Assembly: GCA_012295275.1 (NCBI GenBank)
Contig: CM022665.1
Span: forward strand, 33,046,001 to 33,110,000
Direction of reading: 5' to 3'
DNA from: Chrysomallon squamiferum
Taxonomy: Eukaryota > Animalia > Mollusca
Length of the DNA: 64,000 bases
Shown: positions 36,489 to 51,601 of the stretch, in pieces
How positions within the stretch are numbered: the stretch's first letter is position 1
Layout: the number at the start of each line of letters is the position of its first letter
Position numbers and translations under genes: made by a program
Notes under the pieces: model-generated
Seen by the model: the letters and a program-made list of their open reading frames with translations, nothing else
What the model was told of the DNA's origin: nothing
Database searches by the model: none

Positions 36489-37801
36489 TAAAGTATTTGC
36501 ATTAAATTTTACAAGCATTGGAGCTCATAATGTTAAAACATCAGATTCCTGAATAATTAAAATTTATAATTCTATTTCAAGGCATTGGTGAGCAATATAT
36601 GGTTGTTTTCTTGTTTTGAGTACAGTCAAACCTCTGAATAATGCAACTCATTTTGTTACAACAAGTTGGACGGTAGAACATGTTTTCTGAGATATGCATC
36701 AAACCTCAGTGCAGGCCCCAGAATACCACAGTGCTTATACAGTTGTCTTAGGGAGTTTAAAAAAAGATATGCTGAATTATAGACCCTTTTAATTTGGTTA
36801 TTCAATGTTAATGAATGGATTTAAAAAAGAAAGAAATTTGTATTCTTTCCATTAACACTTTTCTTGAAGAAAATACCAATATAAAATAAAGGAAATGGGA
36901 GGGTAGGACTATTTCTGTATACATCTATGTAATATTTTTTTTTTATGAAGTTACAGAAGTACATGGATGTTTTGATAGGGAGATCATGATATTCACAGTA
37001 ATAAACTGTTAGAAGGAATAAAAACGTTATTTTCAGTTATGTCGTAGTTCTTGAACATGTACCTTGTGTCATCAAAGTAATTGCATAAACATAAAAATTT
37101 TAAAATGCGAACTTAAAAGCAATTAAGACAGTGCCATGAAGTTTCTGAAAATGTAATTTTTATTCATGAAATATGTTGCAAAATGAATGGTTTGCTTGAT
37201 GATTCATACAGAAGATTGTTGACAAGATTGGCAGTTTATTGGGTTATTTTTAATATATGTTTGGATTAGTGTTCAACCAAAGTTTTGGTGGATGACAAAT
37301 GGCAGGAGACTGTCAAATACAGATGACTGGTGCTGAAGCATTTTATGGGTGATAAAAAGTGTTGGGGCATTATAAAGAGGTTTGATTATTATCTGAGGCT
37401 TTAGTAATGTATCTACTAAGTGGTTATTTTTAGTTTTAATAATAGTTATACTAATTTTACACTATGTTGTTTATGTGATTGATTGAATATGATTGATTTC
37501 ATTATATCAGGTTTGGCTTTGTTATGTAGTTTTGTTTTCAATTTAATATGGATATTAAGATTGCAAAAAGTTCTTAAATTTTAGTGTGTGTGTGAATTTG
37601 TGTATTGCATATAAATATAGATAATTATATTCATGCTAATATGAAGTTTCTTTAACAGGCTAGTGGGGAACCAAAAGTGACATAGGAAAATGAATAAGCT
37701 AAAGATTAGTGGAGTTTTAGATACATATTTAACAGGTAAATTACTGCACATAAAACAAAATAATGATACATAATTTTAATTAGTACTTTTGCCCTCTAAA
37801 C

Positions 37802-38878
37802 CAGTGGTTCTCAAATTTTAGAAGTTGGGGCACACTTGAAGCCTTACAAAAAATTGCAAGCACACTACACACAAAATGCAAAGAAATATAACGTACAAAA
37901 TACAGAAATAACTGAAAGAAGTGTATATACTTTATTCATCATCTATTTTGTGCTGATGAGAAGTATAAGCCTGATGTGTCTTGGCAATTTCTTTTATGTT
38001 GGGGCACATGTATGATAAGCAAACTCTCATTTACTTGTCAATAGCCTGAAGAGTTGTTCTTTTTTGTCACTTGATGTTGGTGAGAGTGGAAAATCCTAAT
38101 TTGCATAAATATGATGTTGAAAAGCTTTTTTGGATATTGACTGATAGTCTTCTCTGATTGAAACTGAAAAAATTTCAAGACTAGATTCCTTATATTTAAT
38201 CTTCAATCCACTATCAGTGGATACTAGTTCTTCTTCTTCGGGTAATGTTAAACTAGCATCATCTTAAATTTCTATGAATGGATTTCGAAAGCAAGTGTAT
38301 TGTTCAGTGTTAAGTGATGGAAAATAATAATTTAATTTATCTTTTAAATTTGTCAAATGTTCAAGTATTAAGGGGAAGATATCATATATGCAAGTTTTAC
38401 TTGTCAAAGGAAACATTTCCAAATTACCTTCAGAAGCTCTTCTCTTCCAGATAAGTATTTTTTTCTGAAATGCTTTCATTTTATCAGTAGATGTCAAAAT
38501 ATTTTCTTCATTTCATTGCATGCTAGTATTAAAAATACTGAGGTGCTGAAATATATCAGCCAAATACGCTAATCTGCTAATCCAAAATTCACATCGAAGG
38601 AGCTCACAAAAATGGTTTTGCTTCATTTCTTCAAAAAACTTGAGTAGCTCTTGTTGTAGCTCATATACACTATTTCTTACTGGATATCTTTCTGCTCTTA
38701 ACATAATAATAACGATCTGCTGTAAAGAACATTTTAATGCTGAAGTGTGGATATAATGTACTATAAGTCAATTTTTTTCATCATAAGTATATACCTAGAT
38801 CCTAGAATTATGTGGGGCACACCTAAGCATGTCTTCGGGTGCACCAGTATGCCTGGGCACACCCTTTCAGAACCACAG
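37802..38878 (-). mobile_element. hAT (Charlie/Buster, ZBED5/8-like) deletion derivative with transposase remnants, copy 2
   Basis: TIR CAGTGGTTCTCAAA; degenerate TSD nTCTAAAC; minus-strand ORFs 38513..38704 (RLAYLADIFQHL) and 38264..38497 (DKMKAFQKKILIWK, LEMFPL). Confidence 0.9.
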
Positions 38879-39444
38879 CAGTCTAAACTCTGGGTAAACC
38901 GTTTGCAGTGGTCTATATTTTTGTTGTAACAGAGCAGTGAAGCTCTGTTAATTCAAAATCAAATACAATCAAGGGTATTGGCTAACCTTACAGGGTTGCT
39001 GGAATTATTAATATACATTTATAACCAATGTAGCAGTTACTGATTATTACATTTTTTAAGTTACAATGCTGCCAAAAAACTGACTAATATTTTTAACAAA
39101 ATTCTAGAATATGGCATGTTAAAATTCTACAATAATACTGTAAAACCAGTAGTGTCAAGGCAATACCTCTTGTAGCCCTACACTAAAAACTCACAAAGAA
39201 AAGCTAAATTCTGTATGTAATGAAAAATAATGTTATCGATAATACAGTGTAGTGTGTAAATAAAGATATCACAAAATTAATAGAAATCACATCTAGTAAT
39301 AGCTAAACATATTACCACTAACATTTGAAATGGAAATGAATTCAGTTGCCTTATCAGTATACTTTAAAATTAATTAAACATATGTAATTAAAATATAAAA
39401 GTCTGAATGCAGCACACAACAATAAAGCATAGTATTGGGTATGT

Positions 39445-39521
39445 GTTGTTGCAAGACCTTTTGACCTGTAAGGATTGGAATCATTCCCCTGCTCTCTAGC
39501 AATTATTGATTTATTTGAATG
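39445..39521 (+). repeat. Dispersed repeat fragment, second copy at 49063..49141
   Basis: Shared TGTTGCAA..CCTTTTGACC...ATCATTCC.CTGCTCTCTAGCAATTA..GATTTATT.GAATG. Confidence 0.7.
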
Positions 39522-41829
39522 AAATGGTTAATATGTTATTTGGGCAGTAAATTGCCTTTTCCAGAGACTATTAATCAAATCTGTGTGTGTAACTAAATTA
39601 TGAATTTATATATAAATTATACTTTTTTATTGTAATATAGAACACATTTTATCATGTTCGATTTTTATTATAACTAGCACTGTGTTATATCTACTATACT
39701 AATGCTGGCAAGTCTTAAAAATTGCTAGCCTAGGTTGCAAATGAGAATAGCTGACAAGAAGCAAGCAGATGTGCAAGAAAATAGCTGGCAGGTGCTGTAG
39801 ATTAACATACTAGTACACTGGGAATACAGGGCACAAATAGGTGATCATTTATGCATGGTGGGATGAATAATTACAAATGGAAAAGGGCATACAAATACAG
39901 GTATGGTTTTGTCAGGAAAAATATTCATTAGCTCTAAGCTTATTTCTACCATAAGAAATACAAACCAACTAATGAATCAGTTATTAATCTTCCAACTGTG
40001 TTTATTCCAGCACAAAAATTCCATTGATGTTTGGGCATCATATCAGTGCTTCGGATGCTGACATGAGCACATGTAAAAAAAATAAAAATAAAAATAAAAA
40101 ACTTTAAAAAAACGTCATTTCCACATAGAATTTGATTGATTAAAAATGGAGATTCCTTCTGCAAACATATGATGAGGCTTAGTTTCATTTCAATCAACAT
40201 TTGCTACAAAACAAAAACTTGAAACATGTTTGTTCATTGAATAAATTAATGGTTTTTACTATCTTGACCATTTTATTTATCTTGCAAAATGTAGAATAGG
40301 TTGAAGGATATAGAAAGTGTATGAATGAGAGCATGCATATATGTATTTAGGTCCATAGATAATATTCAGGAAGGAGTCCAATCACCTCACAACTGTTGGA
40401 TGCTAATGACGAGACTCAAATGTATAGCACCCATTTTCCCGTATTTCATAGGCAGACAACAGTACCACTCAGACATCAAAACTGGAAAGTGTATGTATGA
40501 ATGATAGGAAGCATGCATGGATGCATCTCTGTGTGCTTCAGAATTAAGAAATGCACTGGCTCAGAAATGTATATATTATTTTGATCATCTGCTAATGTTA
40601 TTTGAGTTGATTTAATACATATTTTGTTTTTAAGCTAATTAATTTGTATTGTGTTGTTTTGAATACATGTTTATTATTTTACTGTCATTTAAAACATAAC
40701 ATAACACATTTTAAAATTATATACTGAAGTGTTAAAGATTGTATACAAATGCACTTCTAGAAAGACTAGAAAGATACAAAACATTTCTGAATATATTTAA
40801 AAGCATTTCAAAAACTAGAAAATATCCTTTTTCAATATCTATGAGAAATGTAACATCTGAAAATAGCATTTTTAGACAAATGTATATATGTGTGCGAGGA
40901 TTTATGTATGCGTATATGAAAGGATGAATGAAACAAACACAGGGTCTTAAAACTACTTTAGAAAACACTGTTTACTTGTTGAATGACACTAAATGTTCTT
41001 GGTAGTTTGTCAAGTCTGTTGATACTTCTGTATCAGGCACTTTTTCTCTGAGGACATTTTGGTGAGGATAACATTTGGAGTACCCAAGAGAGATGCTGCT
41101 GTTAAAATTGTGGTGTCTGTAGCCATGTTTCATTGTCTCCCATTCGTTTTTTAAGGTTGATAACAATAATCCAAAAAATGATATACCTGTTACATTTCTT
41201 AGTTGTCTTAGAAAGCTTTTTATTACCGTGTTAAAGTGGCATACTGTGGCGTTTTAATCACCTGAAAATGAAATAATATGTCTATATTCTTTAAAAATTC
41301 ATCTAACGTTCAAACATAAATTATATGAATTTAAAATATAATAAATTAATTAAAATTTAATTGAGTGAGGGCAAAAATGGAAGATCTGCAGCTCTTTAAA
41401 CTTTAAAAAAAAAATAATAATAAAAAAAATAAAGGGGGAAAACATTGATAAATGATAATACGTTATTGCTGAAACTACAAACTTTTTTTTTTTTCCAAAG
41501 TTTTATGACAAATTGTCAACAAATGAAAGTGGCGAGTTGTTCTACAATAAACAGGCACTGCGTTTGTCCGAATTCTGTAGATTCAGGCGGAGCTACTAAT
41601 TACAGTGCCATCTGAAAATAGACGCAGGCTGCAATATATTCAAGCGCTATTCAAGTTTTATATCTAAAACTACTTTTCAGGGATCCAGCAAACCAACGTC
41701 ATTATCAGTAATTGTCTGAATCAGTATTTATGTCACGATGCCAATGCAAAGGTGCTCGTAGTTATGTCTAGGGGATATAGGCGTTTGACAGGGATAGTAA
41801 ATTCAAACTGAGTTAAAACATTAAACAAT

Positions 41830-43185
41830 AAAATACAGACCTAAACAATCTAAATATCTGGACTTTAAAATGGGGCATAAAGACTTCTGTCTAAAACAAC
41901 ATGCCTGCTCTTTAAGAAAAAAAACATATAATAAAGTCCTCATTAATTACACTTTCCACATCAAAGACGAAACAGAAAAATCTGATTTCCCACTTTTCAA
42001 AAAAACTATATTTCTAACAACAGCAAACGACCACTACAAAAAACATACACACATACACACATTTACACTGACGGATCCCAAAACCCAGATAATGGGAGAG
42101 TGGGATTCGCCTTTATAGCTGAAAATTCCACCAATAAACCCTGCTGCATACAATTCAGCCGAATTAAAAATCACCTTTCTGTATACACAACAGAACTGAT
42201 TGCCGTCATCAGAGCCATGCTTTGGGTAAAGCACAATAATAACTAACACAAAGTCCTATTATCAGACAGCCTCAGTTCCATCACCTCAATACAATCTGGA
42301 CATTCTACCAGACCAGACCTACTCAGTAACATACACCATCTACACGAAGGAAGACTACACAACAACAAACAACTAATCATTTAATGAACAATTAATGAAC
42401 TTGCCGACCACTATGCTAAAGAGTCACTCAATATCAAAGACAAAGACATCTGCACAGACATACACTATGGAACAAATGAAATTATATCCATCGCAGCCAA
42501 ACATTACGACAATGAGTGGCAAAATGAATGGAATAACACTAAAAACATCGGGCACTTCAGTATTAAACCACTCATCAAAACACCTAACAACAATCAAACT
42601 CAGAATCGGTTACTCGACCAACCTAAACGCAATCAGATTCAAATGTAAAATCACCACATCACCCAACTGCAGCTGTGGACTTTCTGAAACGATGAAATAC
42701 TACTTATTTCACTGCCCAATTTTTGACAAGGAACGAGTAACACTACATGACACATTTGATGAACTAAAAATTGAATTCACACTTCGAAACATCCTGCCAC
42801 CAGCTACGAAAAACAGAGAGCTAGTCCTCGCTACAGTAACAGCTTACATTACGAATACAAAATACAAACTTTAATTCAAACACACGAATGTTTGATTATA
42901 TAAATTCAAAAATTAAACTTACAATAACACAAACAGTTACATAACAACTGAAAAAAACAACAACCCCAAAACAACATTATTTTATTTTTTTTTTTTTTAC
43001 TTATTATAAAATTAAAATAACAAACACAATTACAAATAAACTATCCGGCAAATACACTCTATACAAAACAATAAATAAATAATTTAATTGACCTACAGAT
43101 TGATTGGTTGAGCAGCTGATTGACGAATTAATTGACTAGCTGATTAAACTAAGCTAAATTTAAAAAATCATAAAAATAAAAATAT

Positions 43186-43219
<34 letters not shown>

Positions 43220-44082
43220 AACCAACAAAAAGACATTGGTAAAAGAAAAAGGTTGTAAATTGTTGGATGATATAATACTTACTTTCAGACTATAGGACCT
43301 AATACTAACCAGATTATCGGGACCTAAAACTGAACATAATAAATGTAAATAAGTTAACTACGTTCATATTCTTATTCTTTTCGGGTGCACAGCTAAACTT
43401 ATCATTTCAGGCTTGAAAAAGAGGAAATAAAAATTAAACAACCTAACATAGGTCAAATGAAAGTTTGTCAACACTTGTAAATACGTTCAGCACACCTTGA
43501 TTACTACTGTTATTATTACTGCTGTTGCTATTTTTGTTCTTGTTGATATGAGTATTTGTTTTGATTATTTTATTATTTATTCCTCATTATTATTATTATT
43601 GTTATTGTTTTGCTTTTATTTTATTTTATGTTTTTGGGGGTGGGGGGTATTATTTTCTCTCCTCTTCCCCCTTATTTTGTTCATGTGTATATAATTTTTT
43701 TTAAACCAATAAAAAGACATTGGTAAAAAAAAAGGTTGTAAATTGTTGGATGATAAAGAACCAGCCAAGAAGGACATGAACATACCAAGAACGCCCATAA
43801 ACGTAACAGCAAACGGGACCAACCCCTCACAAATCTGGTGATGGAAACAACAAATGGAATGAACTGCTCAAATCTTGATACACCGATAAGCGGACAAGAA
43901 CAACTAAACACCATATCCATGCGTTATGATTCTATCTGCTCGACACTATCGTGTCCTGCTGGCGTAACGAGAACCCCCTCTTTTCCCTCCCTCAACCCTT
44001 TTCTGCGACAGACACACTGTCTGGCTTTGTCAAAGAGCGTGCCTGTCGCACGTTAATTTTTTTCAGTCTGTATGTCTGTCTG
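41830..44082 (+). mobile_element. 5'-truncated I/Nimb-group LINE (RNase H, CCHC knuckle, 3' UTR)
   Basis: IYTDGS, VYTTELIAV, SDSLSSI, NELADHYAK (RNase H); CSCG..ETMKYYLFHCP; ends GCACGTTAA followed by a TCTG-type tail; frameshifted. Confidence 0.85.
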
Positions 44083-47000
44083 GTAATTAAAGGGAGAAGG
44101 AAAAGCCAGCACTAGAGCAAATCGTTCAGTCAGGCGGGAAACCAATATTTTTGAATGACATTGCCTTTACGGACGACTATGGGTGTAATGTGCAATTAAT
44201 CTGTCAATAATATTTAACATACATACATTTTTAATTATTTAATCTGTCCTCCTTGCACATTCTTATTTTGTCTTGGTTCCCCGTTTGAGCTTACTCGTAT
44301 CATTAGTCAAAATTACTTAAATATATATTTTATATATATTATTATCAAGTCACATTTATAACATTATTAAATAATTAACTTGTACCTTAACCTGTGTTGT
44401 GTTTATTTCTTTAGTGGATAGATAGAATTTTGGATTTATACAGATTGCTGTCAATTTAGCGTTTATATTCCTTGTTAGGTGGCTATTAAAGCACTTTTTT
44501 TTTTTAACATAGACTTAATCCAAAATGTTTTATAGTGTGTATGTGTGTGCACATTACATTCTTGCGGACGTCAATCAAAACCGCGGAATCAAAAAGAATA
44601 AAAGAAATCAGCCTTAGCTGACAAATTTCAGGTCTGTGTTTGTGACTCAAAACTTGCGATATCTTGGCTGCTAATCAGCTTAACTGTACATTTAAGAGTT
44701 TGTCATTGTGTATTTTCAGAAAAAGATATTACTGATCGTAAAACAGAAATTTAATTTTTTATTATATCCGCATTTAAAGGGAGTTTATTTACTTATCTAA
44801 TGCATTTGTCGTTACTTTATATTTTCCCTATTTGATATGTAGAGACGAGGCAATCTCAAGTTTATATACATATAAAAATTAGTACTTAAATAAGATTATA
44901 TATAGTTTATATCTAGTAAAGAAATGTATCTACTGAAACAGTTTCATGGATATCCAAGTTTAATGTTAAAGACAAAAGATTATCTATATTGGTCACCTTC
45001 ATGAAATATATATATATAAATTTGTGGAAATTAATAAAATAGTAATGTAATTGTAATTAGCAGTAGGTGCAGTCTAGAACTGATATTACAAGTTACATAT
45101 ATTTTCTTTACACATACAAATATTGTTAAGCATGCCTATATCCAAATCAGTTGTATATAAATAACTTACAAACAGGAGAATATTACTTTCTATAATTGTC
45201 AAAATGTCATCTGAACATTTTGGCACAATAGCTTTCTGTGATATCTATCAACCTTGCACATACTTTTCGTACACGCTATCTTTTTCTTGTATCTGAAAAT
45301 AATATTGTTTCAGAAGAGAGAGAGTTTATTTTTGACTAAGATAATAGTGAAGAATTTTGTTGACTTATAGGGATGTGCACCCACTTTTTTCACGTTACAT
45401 GTGACAGATATTGCAGTTTTCTTTTCTCTCGCAAATATAATTCACATAATTTTAAGTCTTTGACTACATATCTTTTTAGTTGGCTACTGCTAAGAGAATT
45501 ATAAAGAACATAATTATATACTTGCAGATTTCCTTCTCACATAAACTTTTACATTGTTTTGTGACAGACGTTACACTGACTGAGAACATTGCTTTAAATC
45601 CACTTTCAGAAAATATTATAAGCTTCCATATTCATTAAAATGATGCCACTGACATTATGAACTGAGTCAAATGAAGTACAAAGTCAATGTTATGTGGGCG
45701 ATTTGAGAGGCTTGATATTCCTAGTTTTGGGTAGTTTGTAAAATTAGGCGACACGTGTTGGTGTCAGAACTACGAGTACTCAAGAATTTTCAGTTTTGTT
45801 GCGGGTTAGGAGTTTTGTTAATAATTTTTGACACTTTGCGTAATGAAGTAATGAGATTTAATTTTTTGAGTCATGGAACTGCCCACATAAAATATTTTTC
45901 AATAAAACAATGTATTGTACAGATATTAATAAAATATATCTAAAAATAAATTATAAAATTGTAAAATAGACAAATAATTGTATTATCTCACAGAAAGAAA
46001 TAATTTAATTGTCAAATAAATAGGCAGCCGTTTTACTGAAACAACCTGATCAGCATTTTCTTCTTTTTTTTTGAGTAGACAATTTGTCAGTGAATTTCAT
46101 TATTTATTTATTTATTTATTTCCGATTTTAAATAGCTTTTTTTTCTTCATATATTTGTTTTCTTATTTTTTTATTTGATATCTAGGCTGGTATACAGATA
46201 ATAGGTAGATAAAACAATTTTTTTTAAAAATAAAGTTGTTTGTTGTCCACACTATTAAGTCATTTAGGTAGAGCCTCTACTTGCATAGAATTTGTTTTAG
46301 AACTTCTGTCAGTTCAGTGACAAAGTGGAAAGGAAAAGATCATTGGTAGCACATATTACTTTTTAAGATGTTTGGGGTTTGATCAGTAGTAATTTATTAT
46401 TATTTTATTTACTTTACATTTACATATTATTATTATTATTATTATTATTAATCGATATTTTTTTTGCGTTATGGTATATTCTGAATTCTAAGTCGTATCA
46501 TAAGACCTTTGGTTCATTTGATATAAACAAAATAGCAATGAAGATAGTCCAATTGGTAGAAGCTCTGAAACAACACTAGATAAGGATCAGTGGTCTTACT
46601 GATAAGCATGTTATTACCTCAGCTAGTTTAACGAACTGCTCCAAATTAGCTGGAAATCGATTATTACTATTTTTAAATATTTAAAATAAGGTATCCATCT
46701 ACAATGTTTATTATAAGATAAGATAATGCTTAAAGTCCTCAGATGGGGAAACTCTGGTTTATCCAGCGTTCGATTTTGTGGAGTTTTATATACATGTATA
46801 TGTGAGTAACCACAACTTTTTGTTTGTTGTAATCAAAATAGGAAGCATACCACAATCCTTGATAGATTATTCATTGATATCGAATGGACGGAGAAATATC
46901 CAATTGGTCAGCAAAGAAGGTTCGATCATACAAACCTTTTATAATTTTAACTGAACATGATGGGGGTGACAAAACATATTTTTTAAAGTCATTCTAGATA

Positions 47001-47759
47001 AATCAGGACGCTTGCCAATTCTCAGTCAAGAACATAATATGTTACAGGAACATAATTATGAATAACTTCCTGTATCTACAAAAGACAACATGCTAACAGA
47101 AGGACGTGTCAATACCGGAGAATTACACGTCCATTATGATGATGACGTTTTTCAACGAATGAAACGGAACCTATAGAAAACACTGCCGAACAGTTCTGTG
47201 CAAACCATAGCCATTGAAAAGCTGGAAGTCGTCAAACTTCAGTAAGTGACTACAAGTCATATTTCAGTTAAGTAAAGCTAATGCCAGAATTTATACTTGC
47301 ATAGCTATGTGGTAATGTTGTAGTGCACAACAAAACTATTCATGAAATGATGCCACTGGATGTTAGACATCTACAAAACATGCTCGTTTGTATCAGCAGC
47401 TTTCCAAGTTAAATGACAAGATGACATTAGCAGGTTTCCATAGTTTTTTTTTTTTTTTTTCATGAGCAACTTCGTATTTTGACATTATGGTAAGATGTAG
47501 GCAAGTGCATGATTGGTATGACCACAGAATACGTTTTGACGAGAACAGTGTGAACATCTGGAGGACTCAAGACATTTTGTCAATTATCGGGTAACTAATA
47601 CATAAGAAAACTCATGACAATCTATTCTCCTCTGCCAATAAGACACGATCTGATGTCTGTTGGTAACAGTAACACGAATGAATGACGCTAAAAGTATCAT
47701 TTATATGTACGTCACTCATTTGTCCAACAGCAGTAACAGTATATTCATTTAGCGGAAGT

Positions 47760-48745
47760 GTACATATATTGAACCCCCTAACTTCTGACCTTCATTGCTC
47801 AGTCCAGATGGTATCAATGAAGATCAGTCTAGTCGTAGTTGATAGATGTTAGATTCCATAAGACCCTCATGAAGTAAAAAACGTTTATGGACCAATTAAA
47901 ACATATTGACAAAAGTTCAGTTTAGGGCCCCCATGACTTATATTGAACCCTATCGGTTCTTATATTGAACCTGGGTTCAACATAAGGACAAAGTGGTTCA
48001 ATATAGGGAATTCTGAGTATCCTTTGTAAATTTAATTTTCAATATATTACCTTTTGCCTAACTGAGACTGCTGCACCATAGAATTAGAAAAATAAAAAGG
48101 AAGGAAGGAATAGCATATTCATTGTGTCAGTTATATTGTCCACATATTCACATAAGTTGATCGTCATTTACCACAAATTTCACTTTTAGTGATTTAGTAC
48201 TCATCAAGATAAACTATCACTATCTGCAGAAGATTCCTGTTCTCTGTTTCATTGTCAGACAGATGCAGTTCTCTCTCCAGCATATCAATTATTTTTTGGC
48301 ATGATCATTTATTCAGCTCACCAGAGTTGTTCTTCATCCTTTTTCTATGGTTTGAGTTTTTCACATATGGCAACATTTGTTATTTTCCATATTCTTGTCT
48401 GATAATGTGATGGAGCAACGTGTTCGCTCATGCACCCTATTCAGAAACAGTCCAGTCGAGTCGGTTGACTGGATGGTAGACTCAACTAAAATAACCCCAA
48501 AACATTTTGACTGGAGCATCAAGTACCATACTTTATCTACGCTCTCCGAATTGGATTTCCCATGCAGTGTACAGCTGAATTTTTAACCCCCAATCAGAAG
48601 ATCATCATCAGTATTCGAGTTATCGCCTGAGGATATCATAATAATTTTGTTAACAATTTTAGAATTGTTTAACCTTTAAAATACCCTTGAATGACATTAC
48701 CGAATCACAACCCGTGAATGCATGTATCACTAATGTTAAGGTCGA
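47760..48745 (-). mobile_element. Academ-like DNA transposon remnant
   Basis: HAFTGCDSVMSFKG (XPG-like motif), FSCTLHGK..ESVDKVWYLML, HYQTRIWK; terminal cluster of direct and inverted TATATTGAACC motifs at about 47765-48005. Confidence 0.6.
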
Positions 48746-49730
48746 CAGGTATGGAAATGGAAAGAAAATGGTCTGTTTCAGGAACCTATAATGCTGGCTG
48801 TATGACAAGGAAGTACATCCTAGAACTGCTGGCAGGTGAGTTTGTGCTGTCAGTGCCATATTCTGTCTCGCTTCACTGACACTAACCTCTTTAATCAGGT
48901 TGCTGGCTGCAGATGAAGTGAGCCATCCAGAGTAGCCTCTCTTGGTGTAGTAGTTTCTAGGACTGCAGCTTGCGTACAAGAACGAGAGTCACTAGCTTCG
49001 GAATACCAGTTAAGACGTCAGCCGAAGGTCATTGCTCTGAAAAGCAGGAGAGGTTTTTGGACTGCTGTTGCAACACCTTTTGACCAATGAGAACTGGGTA
49101 TCATTCCTCTGCTCTCTAGCAATTACAGATTTATTGGAATGTTAGAAAAGTGTGACCTTCTTTTAGAACGAAATAGAAATGAGTTATTTGTCTTTTTGGG
49201 AGACAATTATTTTATAGGCTTTGTTTGTTATGTTTTTTTAAGGTGTATTCATGAGGATGACCTAGTGAAATATGTTTTGGTCATGACGACACTCCATCAC
49301 GGACATACATCAACCCGAAAATGATATGCATGTGCAATACCTGGCACTGTGCGGCACGTATGAACAATGATTTTCGATTATATTGAAATGGCATACCAAA
49401 AAAGTATTTAAGATTTAATATGCATACTTTCGTTGTTTTGGCCGAGTATGTTTTAACTTTATTGCATTCTTACAAGTTAAGTAAGCCTTTTGAATACAGC
49501 GTACATGAAAATATAGCATATTTATATTTGCCTGTCAGATTCCACATCATTAACAATGCTAATTTCTGTGAAGCCCTTCATGCAAAAACTGCCATCTCCA
49601 TCATAAATTCTAAAGTGTAGCCCTGAAGCTGCATATTCCAAACACTGATGAAAACTGCAGAACTCTTCAGTGATGTGTTGAATGAAGTAATCTGGCAAAC
49701 TGACCATTGGAAAACTTCAATCACAGAGAG

Positions 49731-50035
49731 TGAATGAATGAATGCTTAAGGACACCCCAGCTCAATTAACTGGCTATTGGAGGTACAAAAATTATTATGA
49801 AATTAAATAGTAAACTAAATGCCCAAAATATCAGAAGTTTATAAAACACAGGGTGAAAGAGCTGTGCAAAATATAAACGCCACATTTTATTGAAATTTAT
49901 TATAAAAAGAAGTTTTGTTTAAAGCAGTTAGTAGAAGATTTGAGTAGAATTTAAATCATTCCACCAAACCCTATGTGCTTCCTTCTGTCATCAAAATGAC
50001 TGCATTCCACAGTGCTCAGCTGAGGTGGAGGATTA
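49731..50035 (-). mobile_element. LINE 3'-end fragment
   Basis: Minus strand PPPQ.EHC..VECSHF zinc-knuckle remnant, T-rich UTR and a (CATT)n tail. Confidence 0.55.
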
Positions 50036-50593
50036 ATCACATAGAGGAATGGTAGGCCTACTACTATGCTTATGGATATGAACCCTACTGACCAGTATCA
50101 ATGTGATGAAGCAGATACCAAGATACCAAAGGAGACACTGAATCTATAGCCCCTAGCTAGAGCTCAATTAAAATTATATTCAAATATTCACTAGTTTTTA
50201 TTACACCTCAAAACATGTTAAAAAGATTTGGACTTGAATCTACTAGGAAATAATAGATAAATAAAAATAATAATGAAAAATGAAAAAAATATTCATTGTT
50301 TTTTAAAATTGTTTGGATGCAAATCTTTAACTTTCATTCCCATGGCCTTAAAGCATTTCAGGCCAGTTTTCTTTCCAGGTCATAGGTATAGGCATTTCTG
50401 AATCATCCATATAAAAATTATATCAAATTTACTGCACATTGTACCACGTAGAATGGTTTATTATCATATCTCATTTTGGGAGTAACAGCTAAATCAAAGC
50501 TGACCTTTAAGTTCTATGTGGGAAGGGCTCATCTAGAAACCTCAGTTGATGTCTTTGATTTAGGAATATTAAAGTTCAAATAGCAGGAGATAA

Positions 50594-50820
50594 TACCATG
50601 GTGTGGGATCTGTAGGCATGAAGACACTACTGGTCATCATTAATGGAAATCTTATAGCACAGCATTACATCAGTGACATTCTGCATATCACTGTCCTTCC
50701 ATTTCTCCAACAGCAGCTTTGTCATGTCATTTTTCAGAACTCAAACTTCCTTGCTACCAACAATGTCAATATGTTTTAGCATGCATACTTGCGAGACATA
50801 TCACCATTAAAACACATTAT
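50594..50820 (+). mobile_element. Tc1 DDE-domain remnant
   Basis: MVW...IINGNLIAQHYISDILHITVLPFL..VIFQN and DISPLKH. Confidence 0.7.
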
Positions 50821-51601
50821 TGTATGATTAGGCAACTTTGTTAATTTTATATCTGTAAATATTCAATTTATTATTGGAATATAACATATAATCTTATTAT
50901 TTGTTACTGTTATATTGAATGTTTAAAGAAAAAAAAAAATCCTAAAAATCTTTACAACAAAATTACAACACATTTGTCACACATTTTAGAACTGCACTGC
51001 TGCACCCTGACTAGACTGACTCTACAGTTTGTTTCATTTCATGAAACCAACCAGAATCATCAGTAACCACTCATTCACTGCTAAATGTCATGAATTGTTT
51101 CATTATTTATTTTTCTTTCATTCTTTTTTTTTTTAATTTTATATTATTATTGTTGTAGTGCTTGTTGTTATATATCATGTTATTTATTTTTAGGGTGAGG
51201 GATATATTCATTTACCAGATTTTTATAAGAACATAAACTGCCGTGGACAAATTTTAAATATTTATAATTTGCCACTGCTACCCGTGAAAATGGATTTTTA
51301 TCATATTTTGTAAAGTATTATCACAAAGGTTGTCCATTGTTTATTCATGAAGTAGACATTTTACAGCTTCTTTTAATCCAGTTTCTACCAAATATACCTC
51401 CATGTACTGCACTCATCTTTCTTACAATATGCAAATGTTTTCTGTTTGTAATTTTGACAGTATCTCACATTAGCTGTCTGTCTTTATGCTACATTGGTAG
51501 CAGTTTACTAAGTCGGAATAAAGAAAACAAACATACAAGAAGTAAAATAAAATAAAATAAAGCAGATGAACATTTTTCAGGACAAAATAGGTGGTTATTA
51601 A

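Noticed and set aside
40972-41262. Minus-strand exon-like segments and a 64-aa ORF next to the CpG-rich region
   Set aside because: No recognisable protein, and the implied intron of about 40 nt does not join the frames. A lncRNA cannot be excluded without RNA data.
41600-41620. CTCF-like CAGATGGCAC motif (minus strand)
   Set aside because: It lacks the 5' CCA of the core motif, so a chance match is likely.
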